Shown here: positions 1-10,698 of the stretch, piece after piece
Layout of the letters: the number at the start of each line of letters is the position of its first letter
How positions within the stretch are numbered: position 1 is the stretch's first letter
Assembly: GCA_051439425.1 (NCBI GenBank)
Contig: JBFRWD010000174.1
Coordinates: forward strand, 1-30,976
DNA length: 30,976 nucleotides
Direction of reading: 5' to 3'
Origin: Synechococcus sp.
GTDB taxonomy: Bacteria; Cyanobacteriota; Cyanobacteriia; Thermostichales; PCC-7336
Translations under genes and position numbers: made by a program
The notes under the pieces: model-generated
Databases searched by the model: none
Told to the model about the DNA's origin: nothing
Seen by the model: the letters and a program-made list of their open reading frames with translations, nothing else

Positions 1-65
1 AAGGATTCGAACCTCCGACACCTTGGACCGGAACCAAGTGCTCTAGTCCACTGAGCTACGAGGGC
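1..65 (-). tRNA. tRNA-Arg (anticodon CCG), 3' end cut off by the window edge
   Basis: Reverse complement reads GCCCTCG-TA-GCTC-AGTGGACTA-GAGC-A-CTTGG-TTCCGGT-CCAAG-GTGTC-GGAGG-TTCGAAT-CCTT. D-arm, anticodon arm (CCG) and T-arm are all canonical. Confidence 0.96.
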
Positions 66-350
66 ATCCAGTAAGTAAGTCTAGCAAACACCGTTGTATC
101 TGCGGCGATCGCAAGCAAAGTTTAATGGTTCTTTCTCGACCGAACCAGAGTTCCATTTTGGAGAGCCGCTCATTCTGTCAAAGGACGGTGCTGTAAGGCA
201 TCCAGAAGGCTCGCATGATAGAATGGGGTACTCTTTAGCGCCCGCCTTATTTGCAATTTGTTGCCGATTTTTTACTGAGATTTCCCTTCTCGGTCAGGTT
301 GGCTTGAAAGGCGATCGCACCCTACCTTCTGGCCTATCTGCGGAGTTTGC

Positions 351-2957
351 ATGAGCGGAAATATTATCCCGACCGACCTGCGCAACGAAATGTCGCAGTC
401 CTATCTCGAATACGCCATGAGCGTGATTGTGGGACGAGCACTACCGGATGCGAGGGACGGTCTAAAGCCCGTGCATCGCCGGATTTTGTACGCCATGCAC
501 GAGTTGGGAATGGGCCCGGATCGCCCTTACCGTAAGTGCGCTCGCGTTGTGGGTGACGTGATTGGTAAATATCACCCCCATGGTGATACCGCAGTATACG
601 ACGCTCTAGTACGCATGGCGCAAGACTTTTCCATGCGCGAGCGGCTGGTGGATGGCCACGGTAACTTTGGCTCGATCGATAACGACCCTCCGGCCGCAAT
701 GCGATATACGGAATGTCGTCTGACGGCATTTTCACGCGACGGTTTGCTACAAGATATCGAGACTGACACGGTTGATTTTGGAGATAACTACGACGGGTCG
801 CAGCAAGAGCCGCTAGTGTTGCCAGCTCGCATGCCTCAACTGCTGCTGAACGGTTCCTCCGGTATTGCAGTGGGAATGGCTACCAACATTCCCCCCCATA
901 ATCTTTCGGAGTTAGTGAATGCCCTAGTGGCACTGGTTGAGAACCCCGAACTCACCAGCTTGGAGTTGATGCAATACGTTCCCGGCCCTGATTTTCCGAC
1001 GGGGGCACTAATTCTGGGCAAGCGCGGCATTCGCGATGCCTACACCACCGGACGCGGCTCGGTCACCATGCGCGGTGTCGCCAACATTGAAAGCTTCAAG
1101 CGTGGCAATACCGAGCGGGAAGCCATCATCATTACCGCTTTGCCCTATCAAACCAATAAGGCATCGATGATCGAAAAGATTGCCGAGATGGTCAATGATA
1201 AGCGACTTGAGGGAATCTCGGATATTCGAGATGAGAGCGATCGCGACGGAATGCGCGTGGTCATCGAACTGAAGCGCGATGCTTATGCCCAAGTCGTTCT
1301 CAACAATCTCTACAAGCAAACTCCACTGCAATCTAACTTTGGCGTCAACATGTTGGCGATTGTAGAAGGAGAGCCCCGCACGCTAAACCTGAAGGATAGT
1401 TTGCAGGTATTCCTCGATTTCCGCGAGGAAGTGATCGAGCGACGCACGCGGTTCAAGCTGCGGAAGGCAGAAGAGCGCGATCATATTTTGGTGGGCTTGC
1501 TGAGGGCATTGTCCAATATCGATCGCATCATTGCTCTGATTCGCGGTGCCGCCGATGCCCCCACAGCCAAAGCCGGTTTGCAAGAAGAATTCGAGCTGTC
1601 AGAAGCTCAGTCCGATGCCATTTTGCAAATGCAATTGCGCCGTCTAACTGGCTTGGAAGCGGACAAGATTCAGGCCGAGCACGACGACCTCACCATTCAA
1701 ATTGCCGACTTCAAAGATATCTTGAATCGTCGCGAGCGGGTGCTGGGGATTGTCACCGAAGAGTTGCAAGGAATTAAAGACAAGTTCGGCGAAGAGCGGG
1801 CCACCCAAATTTGTTTAGACGACGGCGATATCGACGATGCTGACTTGATCGAAAATCGAGAAATCGTCGTCTTCGTGACCTCTCAAGGGTATGTTAAGCG
1901 ACTGGATATTGAAGAGTTTGAGGTGCAAGGGCGAGCGACTCGCGGCAAGGCTGGCACTCGGATGAAAGACGACGATGCGGTGGAACATTTCTTTGCCTGT
2001 CGCAGTCACGACACGATTTTGTTCTTCAGCGATCGCGGGGTGGCTTACAAACGGCGAGGTTACCAATTGCCCAGAGGTAGCCGTAACTCGCGCGGAACGC
2101 CGCTGCTACAGTTTTTGCCGATTGGCCAAGAGGAAAAAATTACGTCACTAGTACCGGTCTCGGAATTTACCGACGACGAATACTTGGTCATGCTGACTCG
2201 AGGAGGCTACGTCAAAAAGACCGCTCTGTCCGCCTTTGCCAACGTGCGCTCGAACGGCTTGATTGCCATTTCTCTAGAAGATGGGGACGAGTTGCGTTGG
2301 GTGCGGCGAGCCCGTCCAGAAGATGACTTAATTGTCGGAACGCAGAAGGGGATGGCCATACGGTTCAATACGGGCGATCAGCTCCGTCCTTTGGGGAGAG
2401 CGACTCGTGGCGTGCGCTCCATGACTCTGAGAGATGGCGACGTTTTGGTGAGTATGGACATTGTCTGTGCAGAGGCGATTGCTTCGGCCGAAGTGGAAGA
2501 AGGAGAAGGTTTTGCCGGTCCTTGGGTATTGGTGATGACCAGTACGGGGTATGGCAAGCGCACTCCCATCAGTGGGTTCCGGGTACAAAACCGAGGGGGC
2601 AAGGGACTCATGGCCACCAAGTTCCGCACGGACGACCAAGAACTATCATCGCTGCGAATTGTAAATGCGGACGATGAAGTCATGATTGTGACAGCTCGGG
2701 GAATTGTAATTCGCCAGCGTGCTGGAGCGATTACAACCCAGTCTCGAATGGGAACTGGGGTACGAGTGCAACGCTTGGATGACGATGACGCGCTATGTGC
2801 GGTAACCATTGTTCCGGCGGCGATCGCGGAATCCGATGAGGAGGAAGATATTGCTGGTGACGAGGGAGGTGTAACCGATACCGCTGTAGATGTTGTCAAT
2901 TCCGCAGAGGAAGCTGCCACCGATACCGCGAGTGGGGATTCTTCTGAGGAAACTTAG
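351..2957 (+). CDS. gyrA: DNA gyrase subunit A
   Basis: [36 protein letters not shown], active-site AAMRYTE, C-terminal beta-pinwheel repeats ([15 protein letters not shown]) and an acidic tail. Confidence 0.97.
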   Translation: MSGNIIPTDLRNEMSQSYLEYAMSVIVGRALPDARDGLKPVHRRILYAMHELGMGPDRPYRKCARVVGDVIGKYHPHGDTAVYDALVRMAQDFSMRERLVDGHGNFGSIDNDPPAAMRYTECRLTAFSRDGLLQDIETDTVDFGDNYDGSQQEPLVLPARMPQLLLNGSSGIAVGMATNIPPHNLSELVNALVALVENPELTSLELMQYVPGPDFPTGALILGKRGIRDAYTTGRGSVTMRGVANIESFKRGNTEREAIIITALPYQTNKASMIEKIAEMVNDKRLEGISDIRDESDRDGMRVVIELKRDAYAQVVLNNLYKQTPLQSNFGVNMLAIVEGEPRTLNLKDSLQVFLDFREEVIERRTRFKLRKAEERDHILVGLLRALSNIDRIIALIRGAADAPTAKAGLQEEFELSEAQSDAILQMQLRRLTGLEADKIQAEHDDLTIQIADFKDILNRRERVLGIVTEELQGIKDKFGEERATQICLDDGDIDDADLIENREIVVFVTSQGYVKRLDIEEFEVQGRATRGKAGTRMKDDDAVEHFFACRSHDTILFFSDRGVAYKRRGYQLPRGSRNSRGTPLLQFLPIGQEEKITSLVPVSEFTDDEYLVMLTRGGYVKKTALSAFANVRSNGLIAISLEDGDELRWVRRARPEDDLIVGTQKGMAIRFNTGDQLRPLGRATRGVRSMTLRDGDVLVSMDIVCAEAIASAEVEEGEGFAGPWVLVMTSTGYGKRTPISGFRVQNRGGKGLMATKFRTDDQELSSLRIVNADDEVMIVTARGIVIRQRAGAITTQSRMGTGVRVQRLDDDDALCAVTIVPAAIAESDEEEDIAGDEGGVTDTAVDVVNSAEEAATDTASGDSSEET

Positions 2958-3079
2958 ACTATCGTCTCAATCTGTCTTACGTTCAAGCAACATTGAAGAG
3001 TAACAGTTACCTTTGGCAGTGTCCGTTTGGACACTGCTTTTTGTGTTTGCAAGGCTAAATGCTCAACGTTCGGAATATA

Positions 3080-3180
3080 TAACGAGCGGCAATCCGTTAT
3101 GGAGACTTCCCTGACTACTTTTCCTTGAAAATCAAGTATTTTCGTTGTCTCAATCCTCCAGACCTTACAGCGGATTGCTA
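3080..3180 (+). mobile_element. MITE-like ~101-bp dispersed repeat, copy 1
   Basis: Reverse complement of 17230-17330 with about 10 mismatches over the 92-nt core (hand count). Imperfect terminal inverted repeats; TA immediately to the left. Confidence 0.8.
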
Positions 3181-3280
3181 TAGCGCTTGGCAATCCGCTA
3201 TGGAGAGTTCTCCAATCGCTTCTTCTTTTAGATTAAGGCTTTGAGATGTCTCCCGGCTCTAGATCTTACAGCGGATGCTA
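3181..3280 (+). mobile_element. MITE-like ~100-bp dispersed repeat, copy 2 (direct tandem with copy 1)
   Basis: Starts TAGCGCTTGGCAATCCGCTATGGAG and ends CTTACAGCGGATGCTA followed by TA. Ends are shared with copy 1; the interior is closer to the 29365-29464 copy. Confidence 0.75.
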
Positions 3281-3404
3281 TACATACTTGGTGAGTAGAA
3301 CGATTACGAACAAGATTTACTGTCTTCAGCGCTCGTCATGAAACAGAATTCACCCACAACCTCGTACCATAAGGCTGACCTTTTGCAATATAAGACAAAG
3401 CAGC

Positions 3405-4274
3405 ATGAACTACGGTCTGATTGGAACGGGGTTGATGGGGTTTCCGATGGCTACACAACTCCTCAAGGCTGGACTGCCTCTCTCTGTTTTCAATCGCACT
3501 AACGAAAAAGCGCAGCCGTTAGCCGGTCAGGGAGCTAAGATCTCGCCGACTCCCAATGACGTATTAGCCGCAGCTAACTGCGTACTGCTGATGTTGACCG
3601 ATACAGCAGCAATTCGCTCGACGATACTGTCTGACGAGGCCTGCCCCCATCTTGTTAATCGCACGATTGTTCAGATGGGTACGATCGCCCCATCCGAGAG
3701 CCGGGCATTAGCGGAAGACATTCAGGCTGCTGGTGGTGAATATATCGAGGCTCCCGTATTGGGTAGCATTCCACAAGTGAAGGATGGCTCGCTGATCGTG
3801 ATGGTGGGAGCTAGCGAGCAGCAGTTTGTTCAGCAGCGATCGCTCCTAAAAGTCTTTGGCCCCGAGCCTACCTTGGTGGGGCCAGTGGGAACAGCGATGG
3901 CGCTGAAACTAGCCATGAATCAACTGATTGCTGCATTGACCAACGCGTTTGCCTTGAGCTTGGGATTCGTGCAACGACAGGGAGTAGATCCTGAAACCTT
4001 TATGGATGTGGTGAGGGAGAGTGCCTTGTACGCTCCCACCTTCGATAAGAAACTATCCCGCATGCTCGATCGCAATTTCGAAAATCCTAATTTTCCCAGC
4101 AAACACCTGGCTAAAGATATCGGTTTATTTTTGCAGGAAGCCAATGACTGCGAGCTGATGACGGATAGTTTAGCGGGGGTTCAGTCAGTGGTGGCACGGG
4201 CAATCGCGCTAGGGCTGGCCGACGCAGATTATTCGGCCCTGTATGCGGCCGTAGCCCCCCAGTCTGCTGAATAA
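3405..4274 (+). CDS. NAD(P)-dependent beta-hydroxyacid dehydrogenase (3-hydroxyisobutyrate dehydrogenase / glyoxylate-succinic semialdehyde reductase family)
   Basis: N-terminal GLIGTGLMG Rossmann motif, EAPVLGS, catalytic K-x3-N (LKLAMN) and HLAKD. Confidence 0.92.
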   Translation: MNYGLIGTGLMGFPMATQLLKAGLPLSVFNRTNEKAQPLAGQGAKISPTPNDVLAAANCVLLMLTDTAAIRSTILSDEACPHLVNRTIVQMGTIAPSESRALAEDIQAAGGEYIEAPVLGSIPQVKDGSLIVMVGASEQQFVQQRSLLKVFGPEPTLVGPVGTAMALKLAMNQLIAALTNAFALSLGFVQRQGVDPETFMDVVRESALYAPTFDKKLSRMLDRNFENPNFPSKHLAKDIGLFLQEANDCELMTDSLAGVQSVVARAIALGLADADYSALYAAVAPQSAE

Positions 4275-4369
4275 AAGCCGCTGCTCCAACAACAGTACGG
4301 AGCAACGGCTGAAATGCGTTTACCTATTGAGCAGAAGAGACGAAGCCCTTTAGAAGTCTGCCGAGAGAG

Positions 4370-6217
4370 TTAAGCCGAGGCGGCAGCGGCGGAACGGCGG
4401 CGACGGGTACGAGTCGCTTTTGCCGGAGCTTCTTCTACGGTCTCGGTTTTGGCGGCTTTGGCAGAAGACTTGCGCCGTCTACCAGCGGCTGACTCTTCAC
4501 CATCGGCAGGGGTTTGCATCATCAGCATGACCATTGGCCGCCCTTGCAAACGACTACGCAGCAAGCGAACGACAGAACGCTCTACAGCGCTCTTGAGACC
4601 GGCCCAATCCACATCATCTAATTTGGCAGACGTGCCCAGAGGAGTATTGGTAAACTCGCCCCAATGGTCGATCAGTGACTCGCCGATGGTTTGGCGAATT
4701 TGCTGTTCCAATGTCTTGTCGGCGTTGGCCACTGCCACAATGTTGATGCTGGGGGGGGCTGATAGCTTGCCCTGATTGGTGACGGCACAGGCGATCGCCA
4801 CCAAACCGTCGTTGGCCACCTGCTGACGCTCCTGTAGCACCTTATCGGCCACCATACCCGAGCGACTTTGATCCACCAATTGCAGACCGGAGGGAACTTT
4901 ACCCACAGCTTGAATCGAGTCGGGAGTGACTTCCACAACGTCGCCATTGTCAATAATGACGATATTGTCCTGCGGAACTCCCATGCTCATGGCCGTTTCG
5001 GCATGCTTGACCAGCATGCGATATTCGCCATGGGTGGGAACGAAGAACTTCGGCTTGGTCAGAGCCAGCATCAATTTTTGATCCTCCTGAGCGCCGTGGC
5101 CGGAAACGTGCAACCCCTTATCTTTGCCGTAGACAACGTGAGCCCCCTGAGCCACGAGCTTGTCGATGGTGCGCACGACGGGAATAACGTTTCCGGGGAT
5201 CGGGTTGGCCGACCACACGACCGTATCACCAGGGCGGATGGAGAGTTGGCGGTGCTCTTTATTGGCAATGCGGGTGAGAGCGGCTAAGGATTCTCCCTGA
5301 GAACCGGTGGTAAGAATTACGACTTGGTCGTCAGGCATTTTGTCAACGACATTCATGCGCTGCAGAGTCTCATCCTTACAACGGATATATCCCAAGCGGC
5401 GAGCGTGATCGACCACATTGAGCATTGATCGTCCTAACAGCGATACTACGCGACCGGAGGCTTCCGCTTGCTGCAGGATCATGTTGACTCGGTGGACGGA
5501 GGAGGCAAAGGTGGTGACAATAATTCGTCCCTTCGCGTTGGCAAAAGCCCGCGACAGACCGGCTCGGACAGCAGATTCGGAGGGGGTGAAGCCAGGGAGT
5601 TCCGCATTGGTCGAGTCGCTAATCAGGCAGAGAACGCCCTTCTCTCCATGCTCGGCGAGGCGCTGAATATCGAAGGTCTCGCCATCAACAGGGGTGTGAT
5701 CGAACTTGAAGTCACCGGTTTGGATGACAACACCGGCTGGGGTGTGCAGGGCGATCGTGAAACTGTCAGCGAAGGAGTGGGTGTTGCGGATAAATTCGGC
5801 AAAGAAATTCTTGCTCAGAGGTACCAAGTCGCGAGGGGCAACGGTACGCAGCTCGGTACGGTTGAGGACACCCGCCTCTTTTAGCTTGCCTTCCAAAATG
5901 GCAAGAGCCAGCTTGGGGCCATAGATCACCGGAATGTCAAATTCTTTCAGGTGATAAGCAATACCGCCAATGTGATCCTCGTGGCCGTGGGTGACCACCA
6001 TCGCTTTAATCTTTTCGCGATTCTGCTTCAAGTAGGTCACATCGGGCAACACGATGTTGACACCGTGCATATCCGCGTCAGGGAAGCTCAATCCTGCATC
6101 TAAGAGGATGATTTCATCCTCACATTGGAAGACCCATGTATTCTTACCAATTTCCTGCTCCCCACCCAACGGGATCATTTGGACAGCAGGAGACTGGGTC
6201 TTCGATTTCGTAGGCAT
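4370..6217 (-). CDS. rnj: Ribonuclease J (metallo-beta-lactamase / beta-CASP)
   Basis: PLGGEQEIGKN, THGHEDHIG, TGDFKFD, DSTNAE, HVSGHG and PTHGEYR motifs. Start placed at ATG 6217; basic low-complexity C-terminal tail. Confidence 0.96.
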   Translation of the reverse strand: MPTKSKTQSPAVQMIPLGGEQEIGKNTWVFQCEDEIILLDAGLSFPDADMHGVNIVLPDVTYLKQNREKIKAMVVTHGHEDHIGGIAYHLKEFDIPVIYGPKLALAILEGKLKEAGVLNRTELRTVAPRDLVPLSKNFFAEFIRNTHSFADSFTIALHTPAGVVIQTGDFKFDHTPVDGETFDIQRLAEHGEKGVLCLISDSTNAELPGFTPSESAVRAGLSRAFANAKGRIIVTTFASSVHRVNMILQQAEASGRVVSLLGRSMLNVVDHARRLGYIRCKDETLQRMNVVDKMPDDQVVILTTGSQGESLAALTRIANKEHRQLSIRPGDTVVWSANPIPGNVIPVVRTIDKLVAQGAHVVYGKDKGLHVSGHGAQEDQKLMLALTKPKFFVPTHGEYRMLVKHAETAMSMGVPQDNIVIIDNGDVVEVTPDSIQAVGKVPSGLQLVDQSRSGMVADKVLQERQQVANDGLVAIACAVTNQGKLSAPPSINIVAVANADKTLEQQIRQTIGESLIDHWGEFTNTPLGTSAKLDDVDWAGLKSAVERSVVRLLRSRLQGRPMVMLMMQTPADGEESAAGRRRKSSAKAAKTETVEEAPAKATRTRRRRSAAAASA

Positions 6218-6553
6218 GCGTGTGTTTCCTTTTAACAAACAGTGCTAGATGAAAAAACTTGTTGACTAGTGGCTGGCGAACCGGATGTTCGATCGCAGCG
6301 ACTGGGGACTATACGTTTACCTTCTGTTCCCCTGCTAGGTTGCTCCGCTGCAATTTAGAGGCAGGCGGTAGGTTTTGAAATTTACATTAACCATCTACGA
6401 CAAACACAGTATCCGAGCACATAACGAGCGCATCGCAGTGACGCCTATGTGATTAGGTCTCTATCTCTCCGAGTGGTTACTGCCCCTAGTAGTCCTCGAG
6501 ATGCTGGCCTCACATTTCATGGAGATTGATAACAGCTTCGGGAAGCGTTCGGC

Positions 6554-7471
6554 CTAATGGGACGCTAACGCTGGAATTCCGGTTCGAGTGTCCTTCAGCA
6601 GATCTAAAACCTCAAGCGTTGACTTTAATTTCTCGACCGAAGTGGGGGTAAGGGGAGCAAGCGGCATCCGAACGGAACCGACATTCCATCCTTGTAATTG
6701 GAGTGCTGTTTTAACGGGTGTAGGGTTGGTCTCAACGAACAGATCCTTGAACAGAGGTAAAAACTTGAGGTGAGTCGCAAGAGCGTCTTGAATGCGACCG
6801 GCCTGGAAATCTTGAATCATCTGTTGAAGTTGCGAGCCAATTAGATGACTTGCAACACTGACCACTCCCGTACCTCCTAACGCCAGGAGGGGCAATGTTA
6901 GGGAATCGTCTCCAGAGTAGATTGCAAACTCGGGTGGGGCGGACTTACGAATCTCGCTCACTGCATCCATGCTGCCGCTGGCTTCTTTGATTCCAACTAC
7001 CGTTGGCAACTGAGCTAGTTGAACTACTGTACCCGATTCTAGGTTAACACCTGTCCTGCCCGGAATATTGTAGAGAAGGATAGGGAGATCCGAACATGCA
7101 GCGATCGCCCGGAAGTGCTCGTACAATCCAGCTTGAGTTGGTTTGTTGTAGTAGGGAACCACTTGTAGGGTACCGTCCAATCCCATATCTGCGGCTTTGC
7201 ACGTAGCCGAAATGGCCTCTTCTGTTGAATTAGACCCTGTCCCCGCAATAACTTTTGCTCGCCCTGCAATGGCCGTTTGAATCACGGAATAGAGCTCGAA
7301 CTCTTCATCCCATGTCAGAGTCGGTGACTCGCCAGTAGTACCGCAGACAACCAGTGTATCTGTACCGTTGTCGACAAGATACTTGGCCAGTTGAGCAGCT
7401 TCTGGTACGTTCAGCTTGCCTTCAGGAGTGAACGGCGTGATGGTTGCGGTCAGGACTCTTCCAAAGACCAA
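6554..7471 (-). CDS. dapA: 4-hydroxy-tetrahydrodipicolinate synthase
   Basis: [29 protein letters not shown] and YSGDD motifs. TTG start preceded by AGGAG. dapA-rnj is a common gene order. Confidence 0.96.
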   Translation of the reverse strand: MVFGRVLTATITPFTPEGKLNVPEAAQLAKYLVDNGTDTLVVCGTTGESPTLTWDEEFELYSVIQTAIAGRAKVIAGTGSNSTEEAISATCKAADMGLDGTLQVVPYYNKPTQAGLYEHFRAIAACSDLPILLYNIPGRTGVNLESGTVVQLAQLPTVVGIKEASGSMDAVSEIRKSAPPEFAIYSGDDSLTLPLLALGGTGVVSVASHLIGSQLQQMIQDFQAGRIQDALATHLKFLPLFKDLFVETNPTPVKTALQLQGWNVGSVRMPLAPLTPTSVEKLKSTLEVLDLLKDTRTGIPALASH

Positions 7472-7918
7472 GGGACTTGGCTCCTACGTATATGGATATC
7501 CAGAGGTTATTGCCCAATACGTTCGGTTGAGGGCTTGGAACCTCGATTACTCTAACGACCCGCCGGTTTAGCCTTGTGTCTCCTAGCTAGCCTTTCCAAA
7601 TAGGCTGAACCAAGGAGTGGCTGATGGCCTCAAAACTCTTTACCCGAGTTCTATGCTCCAGGCCTTATACATTTAATTACTGCGAGCGTAACTTGCTTTA
7701 CTGGTGACAGCGTAGCACTAGATTTGACCTCTGACAGCCTATCGAAAGGGGTTTTACTGCTCTTTTGTACATCTTCAGTTTCGATCGGTTTTGAGTAGCA
7801 CGCTTCCATTCACCTGCAAAAAGCCGAGTTTTTAAAGATGCGAGTTTTTCTTGACTCGTCTAGCAGTCCCTCTTCACCTATCCAAAATTTTCTCCTCATT
7901 ACTCTGAGGTATGACCTA

Positions 7919-8632
7919 GTGCGCTACTTGCTGTTTAACAAGCCTTATGGAGTTCTGACTCAATTCACAGATACGGCAGTCCCTAGCACTGACCCACAGG
8001 CGAATGCTGTAACTCATCAATCTGCTCGACCCACATTAAAGCAGTTTATTGATGTTCCAGATGTATATCCTGTGGGGCGTCTGGATCGGGATAGCGAAGG
8101 CTTATTGTTGCTGACCGATGATGGCCGGTTGGCATCCCGTCTGATTCATCCTAAGTACGGACACGAACGCACCTATTGGGCACAGGTGGAAGGGATTCCC
8201 ACAGAAACGGTCATTCAACAGCTCCAAAAAGGAGTTGTTATCAAAGGGTACAAAACCCAGCCTGCTCGGGTTCGAGCGATCGCCGATCCCCATTTGCCAG
8301 AGCGAGCCGTTCCGATTCGGTATCGCAAATCAATTCCCACCAGTTGGTTGGAGCTGTGTTTGACGGAGGGGAAGAACCGCCAGGTCAGACGGATGACGGC
8401 GGCGGTAGGATATCCGACACTGCGATTAGTGAGAGCTAAACTGGCGTTTCTGTCACTGGGGACTATAGAAAGCGGGCAATGGCGCGACTTGACTTCAGCA
8501 GAACTGAGGAGGCTAAAGGAACTGGTTGGACAGAGGCGTGGCGATCGCCAACCTAAGGGAGAACGGAAGCAGTTGGGGAGGCCCAAAAGACGTCGGAGCC
8601 GCTCGACTGGGCGATCTCGCAGAGCTGAATAG
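7919..8632 (+). CDS. rRNA pseudouridine synthase, RsuA/RluE family (no S4 domain)
   Basis: FNKPYGV, catalytic GRLDRDSEGLLLLTDDG and EGKNRQVRRM. Start placed at GTG 7919; the ORF is open from 7838. Confidence 0.92.
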   Translation: MRYLLFNKPYGVLTQFTDTAVPSTDPQANAVTHQSARPTLKQFIDVPDVYPVGRLDRDSEGLLLLTDDGRLASRLIHPKYGHERTYWAQVEGIPTETVIQQLQKGVVIKGYKTQPARVRAIADPHLPERAVPIRYRKSIPTSWLELCLTEGKNRQVRRMTAAVGYPTLRLVRAKLAFLSLGTIESGQWRDLTSAELRRLKELVGQRRGDRQPKGERKQLGRPKRRRSRSTGRSRRAE

Positions 8633-8639
8633 TACTTAT

Positions 8640-10025
8640 CTAGGATGCGCTGTCTTGAGACTCTGCTTTAGGGCGCCAGCCGGGTTTTACGACTTGGTGG
8701 GCTCTGGCAATAACCAAGCTGTCATCGGCGACCGATTCTGTGATGGTTGAACCCGCTCCTACCGAGACATCGCTACCTAATTCAATGGGAGCGACCAAGA
8801 CGGAGTTAGAGCCTGTCTTTGATCGATCCCCAATGCTCGTGAAATGCTTGTTACGGCCGTCAAAATTGGCGGTTATGGTACCTGCCCCAATATTGACGTG
8901 TTCGCCTAGTGCTGCGTCACCGATATAACTCAGGTGGGCGGCATTAGTGTCGTTACCGACCTTGGCATTCTTCATTTCCACGAAATTGCCGATTCGACAG
9001 CGATCGCCAATCTCTGTATTGCCTCTCAAATGAGTAAACGGGCCAATTTGACATTGGGTGCCAATTACAGAGTTGCTGATGACGGAGTGAGTCACAGTAC
9101 TTCCAGTATTGATAGAGCTGTTCTCGATGGTGCAGTTGGGGCCAATGGTGCAACCGGCGGCGATCGTGGTCGATCCCTTCAAGTGAGTTTGGGGTTCGAT
9201 GGTACAGTCAGGCTCTAGTTGGACGCTGTCGTCAATTGTGCAGCTTTGGGGATCGATGAACGTGACGCCTGCTTTCATCCATTCGGTTTTGAGGCGGTCT
9301 TGCAGGGTGCGGTAGGCCAGTGCAAGATGGTAGCGATCGTTGATCCCCTGGAGTTCTTGGTCATCTGCAACGTCTATGGCGTAGGCGCTGGTCACCATTG
9401 CGACGGTGTCGGTTAGATAGTATTCCTGTTGGGAATTTTCGGAACCGAGGTTGGGCAAGACAGTTTCTAACTCCGGCCAATGGAAGCAGTAGATTCCGCC
9501 ATTGATACGATTCACTTCAAGCTGTTCGGGAGTGCAGTCGCGATGTTCGACAATTTTGTCGATGCGGTCGTCGGTGTTGCAGAGGACGCGACCGTAACCA
9601 GTAGGGTCGCTGGCACGAGCGGTTAGGAGGGTGGCTGCAGATTGACTTGAGCGATGAAACTCGATTAGGGATTTGAGGGTGGTGGGGCGCAGGAGGGGAA
9701 CATCGGCATTGAGGACAAGGAGATCGCCTTGAAAGCCGGCGAGGTGTGGAAGTAGTTGCTGGATGGCATGGCCGGTGCCCAGTTGTTCTAACTGTTCGAC
9801 GAAGTCTACTGAATAGTCTTGCAGGGTCTCTCGGACTTTGTCTTGGGCGTAGCCGACGATCGCGTAGCAGCGATCGGGGTTGAGCTGCTGTGCGGTGAGC
9901 AGGGTGCGTTCTACAAGGGTGAGAGCCCCTAATTTGTGCAGGACTTTGGGCAATTGCGATCGCATCCGCGTCCCTTTTCCTGCCGCCAAAATCGCCACTG
10001 CAATCGGTCGTTCTTGTGTAGCCAT
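8640..10025 (-). CDS. glmU: Bifunctional UDP-N-acetylglucosamine diphosphorylase / glucosamine-1-phosphate N-acetyltransferase
   Basis: LAAGKGTRMRS-PKVLH, QLGTGHA, GYGR, EYYLTD, hexapeptide repeats, GNFVEMK and HLSYIGDA. Confidence 0.97.
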   Translation of the reverse strand: MATQERPIAVAILAAGKGTRMRSQLPKVLHKLGALTLVERTLLTAQQLNPDRCYAIVGYAQDKVRETLQDYSVDFVEQLEQLGTGHAIQQLLPHLAGFQGDLLVLNADVPLLRPTTLKSLIEFHRSSQSAATLLTARASDPTGYGRVLCNTDDRIDKIVEHRDCTPEQLEVNRINGGIYCFHWPELETVLPNLGSENSQQEYYLTDTVAMVTSAYAIDVADDQELQGINDRYHLALAYRTLQDRLKTEWMKAGVTFIDPQSCTIDDSVQLEPDCTIEPQTHLKGSTTIAAGCTIGPNCTIENSSINTGSTVTHSVISNSVIGTQCQIGPFTHLRGNTEIGDRCRIGNFVEMKNAKVGNDTNAAHLSYIGDAALGEHVNIGAGTITANFDGRNKHFTSIGDRSKTGSNSVLVAPIELGSDVSVGAGSTITESVADDSLVIARAHQVVKPGWRPKAESQDSAS

Positions 10026-10108
10026 GCACCTAACCCCCGAACTCCAGCCCCCATCTTATAGGCTCGTATTCGGAGTAGGTTCGTATTCTAATGTCAATAC
10101 TTCTGCCA

Positions 10109-10450
10109 TCAGAAACCGAACAACCGATTGAGAGCGGTTCTGATGTTCGTTCGATCGGCCGGGCCAAGCTGACCAATGGTTTTCAGGATCAAGGCATGGT
10201 CGAGGGTGAAGAGTTTCAGGCGGACAATCGAGGGGACGTTCAATCCGGCAGAAGACAAGTCTTGCAGGGGAGAGTCTAAGGGCCAACGGGAGTGGGAGGC
10301 TGTCGTAATCATGGCCAAAAGACTGTGACCGATCGCTGCATTAAAAGCGCTCTCATCGGAGAGAACTAATGCGGGACGTCGCTTACTTGCAGTCCGGTCT
10401 GTAATCGGAAACGGCACGACAACCACATCGAATTGCTTATAGATCGGCAT
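10109..10450 (-). CDS. Type II toxin, PemK/MazF family endoribonuclease
   Basis: FDVVVVPFP...KRRPALVLS...AMITT signature. ATG 10450 overlaps the 3' end of the upstream antitoxin gene. Confidence 0.9.
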   Translation of the reverse strand: MPIYKQFDVVVVPFPITDRTASKRRPALVLSDESAFNAAIGHSLLAMITTASHSRWPLDSPLQDLSSAGLNVPSIVRLKLFTLDHALILKTIGQLGPADRTNIRTALNRLFGF

Positions 10451-10676
10451 ACGCTTCTTCATCCGCTGCGGATGCCCATTCCCCCAGAGTTTCCGAGACC
10501 GCTTCTAGATATTCCCAATCCAGATCGGGCAATTTGCGCAGAATTACTTTGTCTCCTTCAATCTCGAACTGAACGCGATCGCCTGCATTAATTCCCAATG
10601 CTTGGCGGATGGTCTGAGGGATAGTGGCTTGATATTTAGTAGTGACTTTCGATATGGGGGCAGCCTTGCGAGACAT
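10437..10676 (-). CDS. Type II antitoxin, AbrB/MazE/SpoVT family
   Basis: SKVTTKYQATIP-x-IRQALGI-x-GD-x-V-x-F swapped-hairpin motif, acidic C-terminus (EWASAADEEAYADL) and an AGGAG RBS. Confidence 0.9.
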   Translation of the reverse strand: MSRKAAPISKVTTKYQATIPQTIRQALGINAGDRVQFEIEGDKVILRKLPDLDWEYLEAVSETLGEWASAADEEAYADL

Positions 10677-10698
10677 AGCCGCAACTCCTAGCGGTGAA

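Noticed and set aside
570..600. Thr at the GyrA Ser83-equivalent position as a quinolone-resistance allele
   Set aside because: HGDT is a common natural variant and is not evidence of acquired resistance.
2954..3193. 79-aa minus-strand ORF
   Set aside because: It runs through the MITE-like repeat, and the 17163-17393 ORF likewise overlaps copy 3. No protein-family signal.
3080..3280. CRISPR array interpretation of the tandem repeat
   Set aside because: Only two adjacent units, interiors homologous rather than unique spacers, dispersed copies elsewhere and no cas genes.
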